64,000 nt of DNA from Candidatus Bathyarchaeota archaeon (GTDB lineage Archaea; Thermoproteota; Bathyarchaeia; Bathyarchaeales; Bathycorpusculaceae). The translations under genes and the position numbers were made by a program. Location of the stretch: positions 64,001-128,000 of the forward strand of contig CAVYXJ010000009.1 of NCBI GenBank assembly GCA_963772455.1. The letters run 5' to 3'. Of the stretch, positions 63,077-64,000 are shown in pieces (position 1 is the first letter of the stretch; every line of letters begins with the position of its first letter). The notes beneath the pieces are model-generated. The model worked only from the letters and a program-made list of their open reading frames with translations. It was not told the origin of the DNA and did not search any database.

Positions 63077-64000
63077 ATGCAGCCTATGCCTAAAGACTAC
63101 AATTTTGCAGATATTGAGCGTAAATGGCAGAGTAAATGGGAAGAGATGGGTATTTACCATTATGACTGGAAGGATACGCATCGTGTTCCTTTCAGTATTG
63201 ATACTCCACCACCTTATCCATCAGGCGAGTTGCATATGGGAAATGTCCTCAACTGGACATACTTTGACATGGTTGCCCGCTACAAACGTATGCAGGGCTT
63301 CAACGTGCTTTTCCCTCAGGGCTGGGATTGCCATGGCTTAGGCATAGAAATCCAAGTTGAAAAAGCAAGAAACATACGAAAACGCGATGTCCCGCCAGAC
63401 CAGTTCCGAACATGGTGCATTGAACTGGTTGAAAAATATATTGCCATGATGAAAGAAGGTATCCTTAAGATGGGTGCTAGTATCGATTGGACTACCGAGT
63501 ATAAAACGATGGATCCCGACTATTGGCGCCGAACGCAACTTAGTTTCGTTTTGCTTCATAAGAAAGGTTTCATGTATCGGGGCACACATCCAGTGAATTG
63601 GTGTCCTAGAGACGAAACTGCGATTGCTGATGCAGAAGTTGATCATGTAAAAAAGGATGGCACCTTGCATTACATTCGCTTTCAACTTGAAGGCAGCAAC
63701 GAATACTTGCTTATCGCTACTTCCCGCCCTGAATTCATACCCGCATGTGTCGCCGTGGAAGTAAACCCAAAAGACGAACGATTCAGCAAGTACATTGGGA
63801 GAAAAATTTCTGTACCCCTAATGAACCGAGAAGTAACGATCATTGCAGAAGAATCGGTAGACCCCTGTTTTGGCACAGGTGTAGTTCAGATTTGCACTTA
63901 CGGCGACAAAGAAGATGTAAAAACGGTTATCAAACATAAACTCCCAGTAATCCGTCTTTTGACTGAAAACGGAAAAATAAGCGAAGCTGGATGCAAATAT
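63077..64000 (+). CDS. valS: Valyl-tRNA synthetase, 5' part; runs off the window edge
   Basis: Manual translation: MQPMPKDYNFADIERKWQSKWEE...IDTPPPYPSGELHMGN...QGWDCHGL...WCPRDETAIADAEV...ATSRPE...FGTGVVQICTYGD. Confidence 0.95.
   Translation, partial: MQPMPKDYNFADIERKWQSKWEEMGIYHYDWKDTHRVPFSIDTPPPYPSGELHMGNVLNWTYFDMVARYKRMQGFNVLFPQGWDCHGLGIEIQVEKARNIRKRDVPPDQFRTWCIELVEKYIAMMKEGILKMGASIDWTTEYKTMDPDYWRRTQLSFVLLHKKGFMYRGTHPVNWCPRDETAIADAEVDHVKKDGTLHYIRFQLEGSNEYLLIATSRPEFIPACVAVEVNPKDERFSKYIGRKISVPLMNREVTIIAEESVDPCFGTGVVQICTYGDKEDVKTVIKHKLPVIRLLTENGKISEAGCKY

Noticed and set aside
1-64000. CRISPR arrays, tRNA/rRNA genes, transposases, integrases
   Set aside because: No repeat-spacer periodicity, cloverleaf or DDE/tyrosine-recombinase motif seen by eye; GGTTCGA-like strings fall inside coding regions.

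Overview
Archaeal chromosomal segment, most likely Bathyarchaeia. This is an inference from RadA, a single-OB SSB, archaeal-type HMG-CoA synthase and MetRS, an MptN/RimK-like ligase and IPE-type sortase tails. It carries nfnAB, a glycosylation and surface-protein region with a 2329-aa giant protein, an arsenic cluster (hgcC-like/arsM/arsC), uvrBAC, ssb, radA, udg, dinB, rqcH, pncB, metG, valS and a TPP riboswitch-thiT operon. About nine genes are broken by single-base frameshifts, including essential metG, which points to long-read indel errors rather than real pseudogenes. No rRNA, tRNA, CRISPR array or transposase was recognised. The main candidates for novelty are: (1) a thiolase-fold protein lacking all canonical catalytic residues, paired with a DUF35-HMG-CoA synthase fusion; (2) a truncated CysRS paralog with a remodelled substrate pocket, in an operon with a peroxiredoxin; (3) an archaeal TPP riboswitch controlling thiT and a PurM/ThiL-fold enzyme; (4) an ars cluster led by an HgcC-like AbrB protein instead of ArsR. 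All family assignments come from motif recognition by eye, not database searches.
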